DNA of 64,000 bases, taken from Polyangiaceae bacterium. Lineage in GTDB: Bacteria > Myxococcota_A > Polyangia > Polyangiales > Polyangiaceae. The first letter of the stretch is position 1, and the number at the start of each line of letters is the position of its first letter. The translations under genes were made by a program, and so were the position numbers. The notes beneath the pieces are model-generated. The model had not been told where the DNA came from. It saw only the letters and a program-made list of their open reading frames with translations, and did no database searches. Location: NCBI GenBank assembly GCA_965222375.1, contig CBDCTZ010000014.1, positions 224,001 to 288,000 on the forward strand. The letters are read 5' to 3'. This document shows, piece after piece, positions 60,499 to 64,000 of the stretch.

Positions 60499-61050
60499 TT
60501 AGCTGCGGCAGCTGCCGCTGCGGCACTCTTGACCGCTGGGGCAAGCGACGCCGCAGGCGCCACAGTTCTCTTCATCTTCATCCAGGTCGGCGCAGCCCGA
60601 GGCACAGCAGGTTTCTCCGCCGCCACAACTATCGCCGCCGTTGCAGGAACACTTGGCGTTGCCGCCACTGCCCTCACATATTTCGCCGTTCCGGCAGCCA
60701 TCGCCCCCGCAACGGCAACGGTCATTCCGGCAGTCCGCCCCGCTGCCGCCGCACTGCGCCGCCTGAGAGCAGCCGCAGTCGCCGTTCTGGCAAGTGAGCG
60801 CACCGGGGCACTTCGCGTTACAAGCGCCGCAATGCTGAGTGTTGCTGTCCGTGTCTACACAGCTGTCGCCACAGCGGGTCAGGCCTGCGCCGCACGCCGC
60901 CGCGTCGCCTTTGCTTCCACCAGTGCCCGTAGAGCCGCCCGCCGCCGCGTCGCCGTCCGCGAAATCGAATTCGTCGAAGTCGTTGGTGCAGGCGGCCGCT
61001 ACCAGCGTGACTCCTGCAAGCAGGGCAGCGGTTCTGAGTAGAGTCTTCAT
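60499..61050 (-). CDS. Cys-rich repeat lipoprotein
   Basis: Lipobox AAAC-TNDFDEFDF and two CVD...HCGAC / CAD...NCGAC repeats. Confidence 0.82.
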   Translation of the reverse strand: MKTLLRTAALLAGVTLVAAACTNDFDEFDFADGDAAAGGSTGTGGSKGDAAACGAGLTRCGDSCVDTDSNTQHCGACNAKCPGALTCQNGDCGCSQAAQCGGSGADCRNDRCRCGGDGCRNGEICEGSGGNAKCSCNGGDSCGGGETCCASGCADLDEDEENCGACGVACPSGQECRSGSCRS

Positions 61051-61255
61051 GATCGGCATATGCTGTAGGGCAGTTGGTTCATCTTCGTGCATTGGGTCTG
61101 GCTGGGACAAACATTCGGGCTACTGCGCTGCCGCCCCCGCTAGATGATGTTCCGGCCCCGCCGCCTTCGAACTCGAAGCCGTCGAAGTCGTTCGTGCATG
61201 CCGCTGCCATCGCCGCAGGCAGCACGAATGCCCACCATTTGGAAATGCCCGTCAC
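61047..61255 (-). pseudogene. Small lipoprotein paralog, frameshifted near 61126
   Basis: Not in the ORF track. GTG start gives MTGISKWWAFVLPAAMAAAC-TNDFDGFEF-GG...; the second frame SSPNVCPSQTQC...ICRS* ends in an ATGA overlap with the next gene. Confidence 0.6.
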
Positions 61256-61321
61256 AATAGACAGGATCGCATAGTCACCGGCTCCAGGCCAGCAGCCCGA
61301 TCACCACTCGGAAATCTCGCG

Positions 61322-62224
61322 TTATTCGGCGGCGCGCTCGCTGCGAAGCAAAGGAAAACCCAAGGCCTCACGCTGAGCTAGCCAAGCCGCAGCGACGCTG
61401 CGCGCCATGGTGCGTACGCGCAGGATGAAACGCTGCCGCTCGGTAACGCTAATCGCCCCTCGTGCGTCGAGCACATTGAAAGCGTGGGCGCCCTTGATCA
61501 CGAAATCGTATGCGGGCAAGACGAGCTTGGCGAGAGGGTCCTCGCCGCGTTCGAGCATGCGCTTCACCTCTGCTTCGGCTTGATCGAAGGCCGCGAAATG
61601 CGCGGCAATCTCCGCTTCTTCGAAGTTGTAGGTGGACCACTCCCACTCGGCGCGCTGATAGATCTCGCCGTAGCGCACGCGTTCGTCGAACATCAGATCG
61701 TAGACGTTGTCCACGTCCTGCAAGTACATGGCGATACGCTCCAGACCGTAGGTCAGCTCTCCGCTGACCGGCTTGCAGTCGAAACCACCGGCCTGCTGAA
61801 AGTAAGTGAACTGACTGATCTCCAGACCATCTAGCCAGACCTGCCAGCCTAGCCCCCAGGCGCCCAGGGTCGGGCTCTCCCAGTCGTCTTCGATGAAGCG
61901 CACGTCGTGCTCCAAGGGATCCGTGCCCAGGGCGACCAGGGATTCGAGGTAGACGTCTTGGATGTCCAAGGGACTAGGCTTGAGGATCACCTGGAACTGG
62001 TGAAACTGCTGGAGCCGGTTCGGGTTGTCACCGTAGCGCCCGTCGGTTGGGCGGCGAGAGGGCTCCACATAGGCGACGTTCCAAGGCTCGGGTCCCAAGC
62101 TGCGCAAGAAGGTGCATGGGTTGTAGGTGCCCGCTCCGACCTCGGAGTTGTAGGGCTGTACGATCAGACAGCCGCGCTCGGCCCAGAACTTCTGCAGGTT
62201 GAGAATTAGGTCTTGGAAGTACAT
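61322..62224 (-). CDS. glyQ: Glycine--tRNA ligase alpha subunit
   Basis: [36 protein letters not shown] and TYGLER. Confidence 0.97.
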   Translation of the reverse strand: MYFQDLILNLQKFWAERGCLIVQPYNSEVGAGTYNPCTFLRSLGPEPWNVAYVEPSRRPTDGRYGDNPNRLQQFHQFQVILKPSPLDIQDVYLESLVALGTDPLEHDVRFIEDDWESPTLGAWGLGWQVWLDGLEISQFTYFQQAGGFDCKPVSGELTYGLERIAMYLQDVDNVYDLMFDERVRYGEIYQRAEWEWSTYNFEEAEIAAHFAAFDQAEAEVKRMLERGEDPLAKLVLPAYDFVIKGAHAFNVLDARGAISVTERQRFILRVRTMARSVAAAWLAQREALGFPLLRSERAAE

Positions 62225-62284
62225 GCTGAAAACCTGAGTGCAGGCTAGAGTGGTTTTGGCGCCGAGCAAAGTCGCAATGGCAGC

Positions 62285-63577
62285 TCAGGCCGCCGAGCCC
62301 GACAATCCGGCCTCATCGAAGAAGCGGCGCTCTACTGCTGCGTAGTCGACTTCCACGTCCAAGCGTGCGAGCACGGAGTAGAACCCGAATTGTAGTCGGT
62401 TGATGAACACCATTCCTGGCGGCAGCGGCACGACATTGCCGTCCTTTTCGAAGAGCAAGCGTTTCATGTCGCGGACGCCATCTACGAGCTCCGCCACGTA
62501 GCTGCGTGTGATCTTGTAGGGCGGCGAAAACAGCGGCTCGAAACACTTGCGTGAGTAGGTGACGGCAGCGCGCTCGTAGGCGCCGCCCTGGGTTTCCAGC
62601 AGCACCTTGGCTTTGGCGCTGAAGGCGTCTTCGTCCCGATCTAGCGCCGCAAGGTGCAGCTCCCGAGCATGCTCGAGGCGCGGGCCCTCGATGGGCTGCA
62701 CGCAGCCGAAGTCGAGAAACGTCACGGAGCCATCCTCGGCGAACAGGTAGTTACCCGGGTGCGGGTCCGCGTTGAATTGGCCGCCCACCAAGTTGCCCTT
62801 GAAGACGAAGCGCCACAGGGTCTCGGCGTGGGCGCGGCGCTGCGCGGCGCTGCCCTCAGCGGCCTCTTCCAGGCTGCGGCCGACACAGAGTTCACTCGTG
62901 AGCACGCGCCGCTTGGTACGTTCCTTGACGACCGCGGGGATGCGGATCTTGTCGTCTCCCGCATGCAGCGAGCGAAACTCCTCTTGGCGGCGCGCCTCCA
63001 AGTCGTAGTCCAGCTCTTCCCGGAAGCGCGTGCGGATCTCTTGGAAGATGCGCTTGGCGTCCATGGCCTTGGGCCCCACTGCGCCGACCACGCTGTTGAG
63101 CACGGCGGCGTTGGAGAGATCGGCTTCGATGGCTTTGTCGATGCCCGGATGTTGGACCTTGACCGCGACCGCGCGGCCGTCATGCAGGGTTGCTCGGTGA
63201 ACTTGCCCGATGGATGCACTGGCGAAAGGAGCGTGCTCCCAGTCGGCGAAGAGCTCTTCCAGGGGTGCGCCGAGTTCCTCGACTACGACCTCCGCGATCG
63301 CCTCGGGACTCGAACGCGGCGCAGCTGAACGCAGCTTGGTCAACGCGGCCTCGTAGGACTCGCGCTGTCCTTCTGGCACGACGCCATCGACGTAGCTCGC
63401 CATCTGCCCCACCTTCGCTGCCAGGCCTCGTAGGTTGCCGAGAACCTCCGCAGCATGGGCAGCCGCCGCCTCCGCCTTGCCGCGGGTCAGCATGGCGGCG
63501 CCCGTGCGAGCACCTACGCTGGCCATTCGGGCCAAGCGACCGAGCCGGCCCCGCGGTACGCTGCGTTCGTCGCTCAC
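62285..63577 (-). CDS. ABC1/UbiB/AarF atypical kinase
   Basis: KVGQ, ASASIGQVH, AVKVQHPGI, ADPHPGN and LDFG. Confidence 0.93.
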   Translation of the reverse strand: MSDERSVPRGRLGRLARMASVGARTGAAMLTRGKAEAAAAHAAEVLGNLRGLAAKVGQMASYVDGVVPEGQRESYEAALTKLRSAAPRSSPEAIAEVVVEELGAPLEELFADWEHAPFASASIGQVHRATLHDGRAVAVKVQHPGIDKAIEADLSNAAVLNSVVGAVGPKAMDAKRIFQEIRTRFREELDYDLEARRQEEFRSLHAGDDKIRIPAVVKERTKRRVLTSELCVGRSLEEAAEGSAAQRRAHAETLWRFVFKGNLVGGQFNADPHPGNYLFAEDGSVTFLDFGCVQPIEGPRLEHARELHLAALDRDEDAFSAKAKVLLETQGGAYERAAVTYSRKCFEPLFSPPYKITRSYVAELVDGVRDMKRLLFEKDGNVVPLPPGMVFINRLQFGFYSVLARLDVEVDYAAVERRFFDEAGLSGSAA

Positions 63578-63682
63578 GGTGTTCTAACTTGCGCCCTAGT
63601 TGGCGGCTGACAAGTCCGCCGAAAACGGGTCGTCAATGCCGAGTGTGATACTCTATCCGCTATCCGAAGAGGTCCAAGACTC

Positions 63683-64000
63683 ATGAGGGCTTTCCGTATC
63701 TTTGTTTGTGTTGGCGCGGGGTTGAGTCTCGCTTCCTGCGCCTTCTTGTTGGACTTTGACGAGCTCCAGGACGAGACGGGAGCGGACGCCTCGGCGGGGG
63801 GCACGGCTGGGGCTTCGGGCAGCTCGGGCTTCGCCGGCGCGGCGGCCAGCGCCGGCTCGTCGGGTAGCTCGGGTGCCGGGGGTGGAGCGGGCGTGGACTT
63901 GGGCAAGCTGGCGAACACGACCGCCGGAGCCGTTTGCGCAAAGTTGGAGCAGTGTTTCGGAACGCCCGCGATGCCATTGATCTTCGGCGACGCCGTCTGC
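63683..64000 (+). CDS. Lipoprotein (5' part; runs off the window edge)
   Basis: Manual translation MRAFRIFVCVGAGLSLASC-AFLLDFDEL, followed by a Gly linker. Confidence 0.7.
   Translation, partial: MRAFRIFVCVGAGLSLASCAFLLDFDELQDETGADASAGGTAGASGSSGFAGAAASAGSSGSSGAGGGAGVDLGKLANTTAGAVCAKLEQCFGTPAMPLIFGDAVC

Overview
GC-rich, gene-dense window that looks like Myxococcota (Polyangiaceae-like). The inference rests on a MYXO-CTERM protein, many lipoproteins with Gly-rich linkers, and DUF4388-type kinases. About 50 CDSs and no rRNA, tRNA, CRISPR array or transposase were recognised. Core-like genes are glyQ, mutS2, a MoxR-DUF58-Bat operon, an acyl-CoA dehydrogenase, a MATE transporter, an RNase HII-like gene, MoaD and an ABC1/UbiB kinase. 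The first ~20 kb looks accessory. Highlights: (1) an ArsC/Spx-family selenoprotein that the ORF track misses (in-frame UGA in a U-S-T-C motif, followed by a SECIS-like hairpin with a GGUC loop); (2) a MenA1/MenT1-like nucleotidyltransferase toxin-antitoxin pair; (3) a ~370 bp structured non-coding tract with a long hairpin and five 46-bp palindromic units; (4) an ECF sigma / FecR-like anti-sigma / MYXO-CTERM module with a shared candidate promoter and a relic duplicate of the anti-sigma 3' end; (5) a cluster of surface lipoproteins with polysaccharide-lyase-like folds; (6) several apparent single-base frameshifts. All family assignments come from motif recognition by eye, not database searches.
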